Assembly: GCA_030167145.1 (NCBI GenBank)
Contig: CP126532.1
Location: forward strand, 1,920,001 to 1,952,000
Source of the DNA: Ktedonobacterales bacterium
GTDB lineage: Bacteria; Chloroflexota; Ktedonobacteria; Ktedonobacterales; JADMIN01
Direction: 5' to 3'
Length of the DNA: 32,000 nt
A model generated the notes under the pieces. The model was not told the origin of the DNA and made no database searches. It saw nothing but the letters and a program-made list of their open reading frames with translations. Position numbers and translations under genes: made by a program. Positions 15,848 to 24,593 of this stretch are shown in pieces (the stretch's first letter is position 1; each line of letters starts with the position of its first letter).

Positions 15848-17305
15848 TTAATCGAGGTCTACGTAGATGTTCTTGACCTCGGTATAGAGTTCGATGCCGT
15901 ACATGCCTAGTTCGCGCCCGATGCCGGACTGGCCGTAGCCACCGAACGGCGCTTCCAGGTGGACGCTGTCATTCGAGTTGATCGAGAGCGTGCCGGTGCG
16001 GACCTTGCGGGCGACGCGGTGCGCGCGGCCAATGTCGCGGGTCCAGATGGAACCGGAGAGACCATAGATGGTGCTATTGGCGATGCGCACCGCCTCTTCT
16101 TCGGTGTCGAACGGGATGACCACGACGACGGGGCCGAAGATCTCTTCCTGGCCGATGCGCATCTCCGATTTCACGTCGGTGAAGACGGTGGGTAGCAGGA
16201 AGTTGCCATGCGCCAGCGAAGCGTCATCGGGGGTCTTGCCGCCGCAGGCGAGGGTCGCGCCCTCGTGCTGGCCGATCTCGATGTACTCCTCGACGCGCGC
16301 CTTCTGCTGCGGTGAGATGATTGCGCCAATCTCGGTCTTGGGGTCCAGTGGATCGCCGACGCGCAACTGCTGGACACGCTCGACAAAGCGGCGGGTGAAT
16401 TCGTCTACCGCCTCGCGCTGGACAAGGATGCGCGAGCGCACGGTGCAGTCCTGGCCCGCGTTGATGAAGCTGCCAATCACGGCTTTCTCGGCGGCCTTGG
16501 CGATGTCGGCGTCGGCGAAAATGATGTTGGCCGACTTGCCACCAAGCTCCAGCGAGATGCGGGTGATGTTGTCTGAGGCCATGCGCATTAGTTCGCGGCC
16601 CACCTCGGTTGAGCCGGTGAACGCGATCTTATCTACGCCGGGATGGCGCACCAGCGCCGCGCCGATCAGCGGGCCGGAACCGGTGATGACGTTGACCACG
16701 CCAGCAGGCACGCCAGCTTCCAGGCAGATCTGTCCCAGCGCCAGCGCCGAGAGCGGCGTCTGCTTCGCGGGCTTGAGCACCACGCAACAGCCAGCGGCGA
16801 GCGCGGGGGCGAGCTTCCATCCGGCCATGACGATGGGATAGTTCCAGGGGATGATCTGCCCAGCGACACCAACCGGCTCGCGCAGGGTGTAGTCTAGCCC
16901 GGAGCCGTAGACGGGGATGGTCTGGCCGAAGATCTTAGTGGCCGCGCCCGCGTAATACTCGAAGCACATCGCCACGCCCTTCACCTCGGCGGTGGCGTCG
17001 CGAATTGTCTTGCCACAGTTCTTGGATTCCAGCGTCGCCAGCTCGTTGACGCGCTCGTTGATGAGTTGGGCAACCTTGAGCATGACTTTGGTGCGGCGTC
17101 CGGCAGGCCAGCGCGCCCACGGCCCCTCGTCGAACGCCTGGCGCGCGGCGGCGACGGCACGATCTACGTCTTCGATGCCCGCCTCGGCCACCTGCGCCAG
17201 CACTTCGCCGGTGGCGGGGTTGAGCGTCTCATAGGTCTTGCCGGTGGCGGAGGGCACACGCTTGCCACCGATAATCAAGTCTTCAGTCGTCAGGGTCACA
17301 GACAT
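15848..17305 (-). CDS. NAD(P)+-dependent aldehyde dehydrogenase
   Basis: 485 aa. ALDH signatures ELGGKS and catalytic Cys in FINAGQDCT; PWNYP motif. Confidence 0.92.
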   Translation of the reverse strand: MSVTLTTEDLIIGGKRVPSATGKTYETLNPATGEVLAQVAEAGIEDVDRAVAAARQAFDEGPWARWPAGRRTKVMLKVAQLINERVNELATLESKNCGKTIRDATAEVKGVAMCFEYYAGAATKIFGQTIPVYGSGLDYTLREPVGVAGQIIPWNYPIVMAGWKLAPALAAGCCVVLKPAKQTPLSALALGQICLEAGVPAGVVNVITGSGPLIGAALVRHPGVDKIAFTGSTEVGRELMRMASDNITRISLELGGKSANIIFADADIAKAAEKAVIGSFINAGQDCTVRSRILVQREAVDEFTRRFVERVQQLRVGDPLDPKTEIGAIISPQQKARVEEYIEIGQHEGATLACGGKTPDDASLAHGNFLLPTVFTDVKSEMRIGQEEIFGPVVVVIPFDTEEEAVRIANSTIYGLSGSIWTRDIGRAHRVARKVRTGTLSINSNDSVHLEAPFGGYGQSGIGRELGMYGIELYTEVKNIYVDLD

Positions 17306-17459
17306 CGTCGTCTCCTTCTGCGCGCTTCACGCGCGACGTATTAACACGGGCAGTTAGCTAGTGGGTGTCAGTATCGCGGTAGTCTTCCCATTATGGCAGC
17401 GGAAACATGGACGAGGCAAGGCGTCGCATCGCGCGGGTTCTCACGTGCGCGGGGCACGG

Positions 17460-18500
17460 CTACGGCTCATGCTCATGCACGAACGCCACCAGCCGTTCCA
17501 GCGTCTCCACCGGCGTGGTGGGGAGGATGCCGTGGCCGAGGTTGAAGATGTGGCCCGGCTGGCCGCCCGCGCGCCGCAGCACATCCGCCGCTCCGGCTTG
17601 CACGGCCTCCCATGGCTCCAGCAGCAGCGCGGGATTCAGGTTGCCCTGCACGGCCACGCGCTCCGGACCACCCACGCGCCGCCAGCCGTCATCCAGCGGC
17701 ACATGCCAGTCCAGGCCGATCACATCGCCGCCAGCCGCCGCCATGAGTTCGAGCAGATGTTGCGTGCCGGTGCCGAAGTGGATCAGTGGCATGCGCGGGG
17801 TGTATGCCGCCAGTGTACGGAAGATGCGCGCGACATGCGGCTGGACGTGCGTGGTGTACTCTTGGGGGCTGACGTGGCCAATCCAGCTATCGAAGAGTTG
17901 GAACGCCTGGATGCCCGCGTCAATTTGCGCCTGCGCGTAGCCAATCACCAGCGTCGCCAGCCGCTCCATCAGCGCGTGCCACAGATCTGGCGCGTCGCGC
18001 ATCATCGCCCTGGTCTGGGTGAAGGTCTTTGATGGCCTGCCCTCGATGAGATAACTCGCCAGAGTGAACGGCGCGCCCGCGAAGCCGATCAGCGGCGTGT
18101 CAGTCGCCGCCAGCTCACGCCGCAGGATACGGATCGTCTCCTGTACATGGGGCATATCCGCGTCCGGCGCCAATGGCCGCAGCGCCGCCACATCGGATGC
18201 CGCGCGCACCGGATGGGCGATGACTGGCCCCACGCCTTCAACTATGTCGAGGTCCACGCCAATCGCCACCAGCGGCGTCATGATGTCGGCATAGAGGATC
18301 GCCGCGTCCACGCCGAGCCGCCGCACCGGCTGCAACGTCACCTGGGCGCAGAGTTCCGGCTGGCGGGTGATGTCGAGCAGCGAATACTGCGCTTTGATGG
18401 CGCGATATTCGGGTAGCGCCCGCCCTGCCTGGCGCATAAACCAGACCGGCGCGCGGTCTACTGGCTCGCGGTGGCAGGCGCGAAAAAAGCGGTCGTTCAT
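17460..18500 (-). CDS. hemE: uroporphyrinogen decarboxylase
   Basis: MNDRFFRACHREPVDRAPVWFMRQAGRALPEYR... is the classic HemE N-terminus. GGAAGGA Shine-Dalgarno before the ATG at 18500. Confidence 0.95.
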   Translation of the reverse strand: MNDRFFRACHREPVDRAPVWFMRQAGRALPEYRAIKAQYSLLDITRQPELCAQVTLQPVRRLGVDAAILYADIMTPLVAIGVDLDIVEGVGPVIAHPVRAASDVAALRPLAPDADMPHVQETIRILRRELAATDTPLIGFAGAPFTLASYLIEGRPSKTFTQTRAMMRDAPDLWHALMERLATLVIGYAQAQIDAGIQAFQLFDSWIGHVSPQEYTTHVQPHVARIFRTLAAYTPRMPLIHFGTGTQHLLELMAAAGGDVIGLDWHVPLDDGWRRVGGPERVAVQGNLNPALLLEPWEAVQAGAADVLRRAGGQPGHIFNLGHGILPTTPVETLERLVAFVHEHEP

Positions 18501-18611
18501 AGAATGCTCGTCCTTCCCACCAGATAATTGTACCGGCCAGCATGGAAACGATGCACAGCCCAGGCAGGGCACCCAATCGCGTCCATAGTGGCATCGTCCT
18601 GCGCAAACCCA

Positions 18612-18640
18612 TATATACGCAAAAATGCGTAGATTAACAA
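18612..18640 (-). promoter_or_regulatory. near-consensus sigma70-type promoter for hemE (TTGTTA-17-TATATA)
   Basis: Minus strand: TTGTTA (18640-18635), 17-nt spacer, TATATA (18617-12), about 100 nt upstream of hemE. The spacer contains the palindrome TACGCA-N4-TGCGTA. Confidence 0.5.
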
Positions 18641-18653
18641 ACTCTTTTGCGTA
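18616..18653. promoter_or_regulatory. operator-like TGCGTA sites (perfect inverted repeat plus a third half-site)
   Basis: TACGCAAAAATGCGTA at 18616-18631 and a further TGCGTA at 18648-18653, 22 nt from the second half-site. They sit between and within the two divergent promoters. Confidence 0.45.
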
Positions 18654-18657
18654 GGTA

Positions 18658-18686
18658 TTGACATTTGTCTATCTCATCCTTATACT
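18658..18686 (+). promoter_or_regulatory. near-consensus sigma70-type promoter (TTGACA-17-TATACT) facing the S53 peptidase gene
   Basis: TTGACA 18658-18663, exact 17-nt spacer, TATACT 18681-18686. Confidence 0.55.
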
Positions 18687-19019
18687 TGCCTGTAATTGCT
18701 GAGCGCTGCCCCCACCACAACGCACACTACACTATCCAATGGCTTCTGGTGGACAACATGGGGTCCCTTGCCACTACCCCTGTCGTATTCCCCGCGTAGT
18801 GGCGGCATCCCTTCTCCGCGTGCCCACTTGCAATACCCCACACACTACTAAGAATCGGGAGCAAGTGAACACGCGCGCGTGGACGGTTCCACGTGCAGGT
18901 CCAGGTTCTTTTGCCAGGAATCCCGAGCTGTCAACGGGATAGCCTCGGGTCATGTTATGCCTGGGGCGAAGCATGCTTGTTTTTGCGCTTCGCCGTGTTC
19001 ATTGGAGGGTTTGTCCTAC

Positions 19020-20249
19020 ATGCTCCGACGTCGTATCGTGTTTGGAGCCCTCGCGGTAACGGCGACTGCCGTACTTGCGATTGCCGCCGTGTTTACCGGC
19101 GTGGCGGGCGCTGCCCCCGCGAGCCACAGCGCGCCTGCCAGCCACACCAGCCCACAGTACTCATTTGTGCATGCGTGTGGCGCATCTGCCGCTGGCTTTG
19201 CGCACTGCAACGCAATTGTCCGCATCGGCGGAAAGGTGGGGTCGAACGCCAGCAGCCCCAGTGGCTACAATCCCGCTGATTTGCAGTCGGCCTACAACCT
19301 GCCTTCCGCGACCGCTGGCTCTGGCCAGACGGTGGCCATCGTAGACGCCTACGACGACCCGAACGCGGAAGCTGATCTCGGCGTCTATCGCGCGCAGTTC
19401 GGCTTGCCTGCCTGCACCACGGCCAACGGCTGCTTCCGCAAGGTGAACCAGAGCGGTGGCACCAAGATGCCGCGCGCCAATGGTGGCTGGGCACAGGAAA
19501 TCTCGCTCGACCTGGATATGGTCAGCGCGATCTGCCCCAACTGCCACATCATCCTGGTCGAAGCCTCGTCCTCTAGCCTGACCAACCTCGGCACTGCTGT
19601 CAACGAGGCGGCCAGCCTTGGCGCGAACGCCATCAGCAACAGCTATGGTGGCGGTGAGTCCAGCAGCGACACCAGCTATGATGCGTCGTACTACAATCAT
19701 CCAGGTATCGCTATTACCGCCAGCGCGGGCGATAGTGGCTATGGTGCGCAGTATCCCGCCGCGTCGCAATATGTCACGGCGGTTGGCGGCACGTCGCTGA
19801 GCCACGCGAGCAACAGCCGTGGCTGGAGCGAGACGGTCTGGAGCGGCAGCGGCAGTGGCTGCAGCGCCTATGATCCTCAGCCAAGCTGGCAGAGTTCCGT
19901 CGCAAACATCACGTCGGTCTGTGGCAAGCGCGCGGAAGCTGATGTCTCAGCGGTCGCGAACCCCAGCACGGGTGTGTCGGTCTACGACAGCTACAGCTAT
20001 CAGGGCCTTAGCGGCTGGCTGGTTTTCGGCGGCACCAGTGTCTCTTCGCCTATTATCGCCAGCGTCTACGCCCTGGCCGGCAACGCCAGCAGCGTGACCT
20101 ACGGCTCGTATCCCTACAGCCACACCGGCAGCCTGAACGATGTCACCAGCGGCAGCAATGGTAGCTGCGGCAACCTGCTCTGCAACGCTACGACCGGTTG
20201 GGATGGCCCGACTGGCCTGGGCACGCCGAACGGCACCGGCGGATTCTAA
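19020..20249 (+). CDS. secreted S53 (sedolisin-like) serine-carboxyl peptidase
   Basis: Start MLRRRIVFGALAV... (signal peptide) with GGAGGG upstream. Sedolisin-type residues in EISLDLDM, SAGDSG and GGTSVSSP. The upstream 47 codons of the track ORF are discarded. Confidence 0.8.
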   Translation: MLRRRIVFGALAVTATAVLAIAAVFTGVAGAAPASHSAPASHTSPQYSFVHACGASAAGFAHCNAIVRIGGKVGSNASSPSGYNPADLQSAYNLPSATAGSGQTVAIVDAYDDPNAEADLGVYRAQFGLPACTTANGCFRKVNQSGGTKMPRANGGWAQEISLDLDMVSAICPNCHIILVEASSSSLTNLGTAVNEAASLGANAISNSYGGGESSSDTSYDASYYNHPGIAITASAGDSGYGAQYPAASQYVTAVGGTSLSHASNSRGWSETVWSGSGSGCSAYDPQPSWQSSVANITSVCGKRAEADVSAVANPSTGVSVYDSYSYQGLSGWLVFGGTSVSSPIIASVYALAGNASSVTYGSYPYSHTGSLNDVTSGSNGSCGNLLCNATTGWDGPTGLGTPNGTGGF

Positions 20250-20378
20250 GCCCGCGTGTCGCGATCATCTTTCGTACAGCGCGCCAGCTCTCCATGTGTG
20301 GGGGGCTGGCGTCGCATTGGCTGCGCAAAAGCTCTCTCCTACCCTCGCAGAGACAGCCGGACAGCGCGCAATGTCCGT

Positions 20379-20401
20379 AGGTGCGTCTGTCGGACGCACC
20401 T
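20379..20401. terminator. GC-rich hairpin between convergent genes (possible bidirectional terminator, no U-tract)
   Basis: AGGTGCGTC-tgtcg-GACGCACCT, a 9-bp perfect stem between the S53 stop (20249) and the PHP stop (20434). Confidence 0.35.
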
Positions 20402-20433
20402 CGGCGGCGCAATGGAGGAGCAAGGGGATAGGT

Positions 20434-21318
20434 CTATTCTTGAGTGGGCGCAGGCAAGGTGAAGGCGGGCGCGGGCAGTTTGCGGTTGAACTCGCCGGTG
20501 CGGCGCAGTCGCTCTAGCGAGTCATCGGGCACGTAGCGCGCGCCCAGCGGCGTGGGGTGCATGTTGGGGCCGTGGTAGTCGCTGCCTCCAGTGGGGATCA
20601 GGCCATAGGTGTTCGCCAGTTGCAGCAGCCGCGCCACTGTCACGGTGTCGTACTCGCCATAGTAACATTCCAGCCCTTGCAGGCCAACCATCACCAGCGA
20701 CGGCAACAGTGTTTCCTTGAGTTCGGGGATGTTCGCCGGATGCGCCAGCACCGGCACGCCGCGCGCGCTCTTCACCAGCCGCACCGCGTCCTCCGCCGAG
20801 AGCTTGTAGCGCGGGATGTAGGCCGGGCGACCGGGGCCAATCCACTTATCGAAGGCGTCGCTGATGCTGTCGGCGTAGCCTTTTTCGAGCAGCGCCCGCG
20901 CCACATGCGGACGCCCCACCGCACCGCCCGCGATCTCGCGCACGCGCTCCCAGGTGACATCCAGCCCCTGCTCGCGCAGCTTGGCGACCATGCGCTCACC
21001 GCGCAGCGCCCGCGCCTCGCGCAGCACGGCGATGCACTGCTGAAACTCCGGGCGGTCGTATTCGATGTAGTAGCCGAGCATGTGGGCTTCGCCCTGCTTG
21101 TTGGGCAGGTCGGTGTTGATCTCGATGCCCGGAACGACGGCCACGCCCAGCCGTTCGCCCGCCGCCAGCGCCTCTTCCAGGCCGCCGGTGGTATCGTGAT
21201 CCACCAGCCCGATGGTCTTCAGGCCAGCCTCATGCGCCAGGGTAACCAGTTCGGTCGGGCTATGGATGCCATCCGACGCGGTCGAATGGGTATGCAGGTC
21301 GAGCGTATTGAGCGTCAC
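20434..21318 (-). CDS. PHP-domain metal-dependent phosphoesterase (TrpH/YciV-like)
   Basis: LDLHTHSTASDG...IGLVDHDT motif. GTG start with GGAGG 5 nt upstream. Confidence 0.85.
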   Translation of the reverse strand: MTLNTLDLHTHSTASDGIHSPTELVTLAHEAGLKTIGLVDHDTTGGLEEALAAGERLGVAVVPGIEINTDLPNKQGEAHMLGYYIEYDRPEFQQCIAVLREARALRGERMVAKLREQGLDVTWERVREIAGGAVGRPHVARALLEKGYADSISDAFDKWIGPGRPAYIPRYKLSAEDAVRLVKSARGVPVLAHPANIPELKETLLPSLVMVGLQGLECYYGEYDTVTVARLLQLANTYGLIPTGGSDYHGPNMHPTPLGARYVPDDSLERLRRTGEFNRKLPAPAFTLPAPTQE

Positions 21319-21330
21319 AGGGACCTCCGC

Positions 21331-21355
21331 ATCACATCACATCACATCACATCAC
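21331..21355. repeat. pentanucleotide microsatellite (ATCAC)x5
   Basis: Five perfect head-to-tail units. On the coding strand this reads (GTGAT)5, beginning in the rny stop codon and ending 5 nt before the PHP gene Shine-Dalgarno. Confidence 0.9.
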
Positions 21356-22905
21356 TTCGCATAATCAATCGAGCGTGTTTCACGCACGACGCAGACCTTG
21401 ATCTGGCCAGGATAATCCATGCTTTCTTCGATCTTGCGCGCCACTTCACGCGCCAGATTGGAGGCGGCAATCTCGTCCAGTTCTTCTGGCCGCACGATGA
21501 TGCGCACCTCGCGGCCAGCCTGAATCGCGAACGACTTTTCGACGCCGGTGAAGGAGTTGGCGATGCTCTCCAGCGCCTCTAAGCGGCGGATGTAGAGGTC
21601 AATCGTTTCACGGCGTGCGCCAGGGCGCGCGGCTGAGATGGCGTCCGCCGCCTGGACGATGGCCGCCTCTAGCGATTGCGGCTCCGATTCGGTGGCGTGA
21701 TGCGAGACGATGGCGTGGATCACCTTTGGTGAGCGGTTGAAGCGACGGGCAATCTCGCCGCTGATGAGCATGTGCGGTCCCTCAACCTCCTGGTCAATCG
21801 CTTTGCCCAGGTCGTGCAGAAGTCCCGCGACTTTGCAGACGCCGACATCCGCGCCCAGTTCCGCGGCGATGGTCGCCGCCAGCACCGACACTTCAATGGA
21901 GTGGTTCAGCACGTTCTGCCCGTAGCTCGACCGGAAGTGCAGCCGCCCGATCAGTTTCACCAGTTCGGGCGGCAGATTGGTGACGTTGGCTTCGGCGCAG
22001 GCGCGCTCGCCCTCCTCGCGGACGATGTTTTCGATGTCTTGCTGCGCCTTGGCTACCACCTCTTCGATGCGCGCGGGATGGATGCGCCCATCAAGGATCA
22101 GCTTGGTGAGGGCGACACGAGCGACCTCGCGCCGCACCGGATCGAAGCCGGAGAGGATCACCGCTTCGGGGGTGTCGTCAATAATCAGGTCTACACCGGT
22201 CGCGGCCTCAAGCGCGCGGATGTTGCGGCCCTCGCGCCCGATGATGCGGCCCTTCATGTCGTCGTTGGGCAAAGGCACGACGGAGATGGTCACTTCGGAG
22301 ACCTGATCTGACGCGCAACGCTGGATCGCCAGCGCAATGATCTCGCGGGCACGCGCGTCGGCTTCTTCGCGGGCCTGCGCTTCGATCTCGCGGGCGCGTT
22401 TGGCGGCGTCGCGACGGGCGTCGTCTTCCACCGCCGCCACCAGTTCGGCCCGCGCCTCGTACTGGGTCATGCGCGCGACACGCTCTAGCTCGGCGACGCG
22501 CCGCACGCGGGTCTCCTCCAGGTCCGCCTTCACTGTGTCAAGCTCCTGGATGCGCTGGCTAAGAGTTCGCTCGCGCTTTTCCAGGTTATCGGTTTTGCGG
22601 TCGAGGTTCTCTTCTTTCTGCGTTAGCCGCTGTTCCTGACGCTTCAACTCCTGCCGTCGCTCGCGCGCTTCGGCTTCGAGGGACGCGCGCATCTTTGCCG
22701 TTTCGTCTTTTGCTTCTCGTAGCGCCTTCGCCTGTTCCTGCTGCAAGGATTCGAAGTGCGTCTGCGCGTCTTCTTTCTCTTGCAGCATCTGTTCGGCATG
22801 GCGCTTCCCTGCCCAGCTTTGTCCAAGGGTGATGCCGCCAAGTGTGCCGCCGCATGCGCCCAGGACAAATACGACCAGGATCAGGGTTATTTCGCCCCAG
22901 TTCAC
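21352..22905 (-). CDS. rny: ribonuclease Y
   Basis: N-terminal TM segment, coiled coil, KH domain ([15 protein letters not shown]) and HD domain (LLHDLGKA). GTG start at 22905 with GGAGGA 8 nt upstream gives 517 aa, the typical length. The longer track ORF (to 23001) is discarded. Confidence 0.9.
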   Translation of the reverse strand: MNWGEITLILVVFVLGACGGTLGGITLGQSWAGKRHAEQMLQEKEDAQTHFESLQQEQAKALREAKDETAKMRASLEAEARERRQELKRQEQRLTQKEENLDRKTDNLEKRERTLSQRIQELDTVKADLEETRVRRVAELERVARMTQYEARAELVAAVEDDARRDAAKRAREIEAQAREEADARAREIIALAIQRCASDQVSEVTISVVPLPNDDMKGRIIGREGRNIRALEAATGVDLIIDDTPEAVILSGFDPVRREVARVALTKLILDGRIHPARIEEVVAKAQQDIENIVREEGERACAEANVTNLPPELVKLIGRLHFRSSYGQNVLNHSIEVSVLAATIAAELGADVGVCKVAGLLHDLGKAIDQEVEGPHMLISGEIARRFNRSPKVIHAIVSHHATESEPQSLEAAIVQAADAISAARPGARRETIDLYIRRLEALESIANSFTGVEKSFAIQAGREVRIIVRPEELDEIAASNLAREVARKIEESMDYPGQIKVCVVRETRSIDYAK

Positions 22906-23125
22906 GTATGTAGTCCTCCGCGAGGCTGGTGAAAAAGATAGTGTGCGGGCCATAGAGGCCGCACAGGATGAAGAGGAATAGGGTAAAAGGAATGACGGCA
23001 ATGGGAGACATGACCATCAATCCTTTCCGTTGTGTTGGATTGGGAGACAATCCACTGTGTCAACTGTTTACGTTACTATATGAACGAAACACCGAAGCTG
23101 TCAAGCTGCCTGCAATAATCCGCAT

Positions 23126-23148
23126 ACAAACGGCGTTTGTGATATACT
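23126..23148 (+). promoter_or_regulatory. 15-bp perfect palindrome overlapping an extended -10 (TGaTATACT) upstream of apt
   Basis: ACAAACG-G-CGTTTGT at 23126-23140, immediately followed by TG-A-TATACT (23140-23148), about 50 nt before the apt ATG. Confidence 0.4.
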
Positions 23149-23201
23149 GGCCTGCGTTCGCTATCCAACCCGACACCGGCCTCCAGAGAGGATAGATCGC
23201 T

Positions 23202-23771
23202 ATGTCGCATCCCGGTTCAGGCTCGTCCATCCCCGGCACACTGGCGCCCGCGCAGACGGCGTGGCTCAGCCAGTTCGTCCGCGCCATCCCCGACTATCCG
23301 CAGAAGGGCATCCTCTTTCGCGACATCACGCCGCTGCTGCAGAACGCCAATGCGCTGCGCTTCGCCATCGAGACGATGGCTGAACACTATCGCGGCATGG
23401 GCATCGAGCAGGTGGTGGGCATCGAGTCGCGCGGCTTCATCTTCGGCACGCCGCTGGCGTATATGCTCGGCACAGGGTTCGTGCCGGTCCGCAAGAAGGG
23501 CAAACTGCCGCACGATACCATTTCGATAGAGTATGACCTGGAATACGGTTCGAATGTGCTGGAGGTGCATACCGACGCCGTCAAGCCGGGGCAGCGCGTG
23601 CTGGTGGTGGATGACTTGCTCGCCACCGGCGGCACCACAGCGGGCACGGTGCAACTGATGGAGCGGCTGGGCGCGCGGGTGGTCTCGCTGGCCTTCTTGA
23701 TCGAGCTGGCCGCGCTGAACGGGCGGGCACTGCTGAACGGGCGCGATGTCTTCGCGCTGCTCGCATTCTAG
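23202..23771 (+). CDS. apt: adenine phosphoribosyltransferase
   Basis: IPDYPQKGILFRDITPLL and PRPP-binding VLVVDDLLATGGT motifs. Confidence 0.92.
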   Translation: MSHPGSGSSIPGTLAPAQTAWLSQFVRAIPDYPQKGILFRDITPLLQNANALRFAIETMAEHYRGMGIEQVVGIESRGFIFGTPLAYMLGTGFVPVRKKGKLPHDTISIEYDLEYGSNVLEVHTDAVKPGQRVLVVDDLLATGGTTAGTVQLMERLGARVVSLAFLIELAALNGRALLNGRDVFALLAF

Positions 23772-23786
23772 CAAAGGCGCGCACTC

Positions 23787-24092
23787 ATGGCGATTCTCGT
23801 GCATCCCGCCCGTGCTACGCGCCACTGGATTCCCGCTGGCGTGCTGCGTGGCGACCGCATGTACCATGTGCTCTCGGACTTTCTGGGCGCGGAGGGCACA
23901 CGCGAGCTAACCGCCTTCGTCGTGCCGTATGGGCTGCGCCCCGCGTGGATACAGTATCCGGGCACGTACCGTGAGCATTTTGATGTGCGCCCGGAAACGG
24001 GTGAGCGCATGCTGGCGGATGGCGCGCGGCTGGCGACTAATCGCGAGGTGGGGCTGCTGCTGCGCGCCAAGCGCGAGGCGATGTCCATATGA
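23787..24092 (+). CDS. DUF4031-like protein
   Basis: 101 aa. The pattern MAILVHP...YHVLSD...ELTAFVVPYGLRPAWIQ...EHFDV...ML..GA matches my memory of DUF4031. Confidence 0.6.
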   Translation: MAILVHPARATRHWIPAGVLRGDRMYHVLSDFLGAEGTRELTAFVVPYGLRPAWIQYPGTYREHFDVRPETGERMLADGARLATNREVGLLLRAKREAMSI

Positions 24093-24179
24093 GCTATTGT
24101 CTCTTCGTAGGGGCGCCTGCCAGACGCCCGTCATCACATGCCCCACACGCCACATACCCAGATGAAAGGACATAGGCGT

Positions 24180-24473
24180 ATGTTTGTCGCCGTCACCAGG
24201 ATCAGCAATCTGCCGCCACAGGCGCGAGACCACATGCTCGCCGCGTTCCGCAAGGCAGCGCCGGACCTGAAGAGCTTCGCGGGCTTCCTGGGCTTTGAGC
24301 TTTGGCACAATGACGATACGCTGGAAGCGATCTCGCGCTGGGAGTCGCGCGAGGCGATGGAAGCGTATGCCAAGAGCGGCATGTTCGCAGCGCACCACGG
24401 CCCAGAGACGGGCGCGCCCGCGACCCACGGCGCAGCCGTCATCGAGAGCTACGAGGGGGAAGTGGTGGTGTAG
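24180..24473 (+). CDS. antibiotic-biosynthesis-monooxygenase (ABM) domain protein
   Basis: MFVAVTRIS...GFLGFELWHNDDTLEAISRWESREAMEAYAKS is a typical ABM ferredoxin-like fold signature. AAAGGA lies 9 nt upstream of the ATG at 24180. Confidence 0.7.
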   Translation: MFVAVTRISNLPPQARDHMLAAFRKAAPDLKSFAGFLGFELWHNDDTLEAISRWESREAMEAYAKSGMFAAHHGPETGAPATHGAAVIESYEGEVVV

Positions 24474-24493
24474 GCGGGGGAGTGGAGTGTATC

Positions 24494-24528
24494 GCCAGCG
24501 TCCCGCTGGCTGCCGCCGGGACGGCGGC
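24494..24528. terminator. two consecutive GC-rich hairpins between convergent genes
   Basis: GCCAGCG-tcc-CGCTGGC (24494-24510) and GCCGCCG-gga-CGGCGGC (24512-24528). No U-tract. Confidence 0.3.
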
Positions 24529-24593
24529 GCTACAGGCCCACGACTTGCACCGTGCTCCGGTCATTCATAGCCGCGATGGATTTTGGCTGCATC

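Noticed and set aside
18880-18950. SRP (4.5S) RNA, because of GCAGGTCC in a hairpin-rich region
   Set aside because: The conserved domain IV sequence (GGAAGGAAGCAGC) and the symmetric loop are absent. I also found no RNase P (GAGGAAAGTCC) or tmRNA (T-arm, CCA end) hallmarks here or at the GGGGATG at 919.
18879-19019. 47-codon N-terminal extension of the S53 peptidase ORF
   Set aside because: The extension is Cys-rich and non-protein-like, and it overlaps the leader hairpins. The ATG at 19020 has GGAGGG upstream and begins a textbook signal peptide.
21331-21355. Possible CRISPR or other spaced-repeat array
   Set aside because: It is a contiguous 5-nt microsatellite with no spacers, and no cas genes are nearby.
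20557-21582. 341-aa plus-strand ORF opposite the PHP and rny genes
   Set aside because: It is a shadow ORF spanning two well-supported minus-strand genes, with no ribosome-binding site and no recognisable domain.
22906-23001. Longer RNase Y start (ATG at 23001)
   Set aside because: The GTG at 22905 has a GGAGGA Shine-Dalgarno at ideal spacing. It yields the usual length of about 517 aa, starting right at the transmembrane helix.
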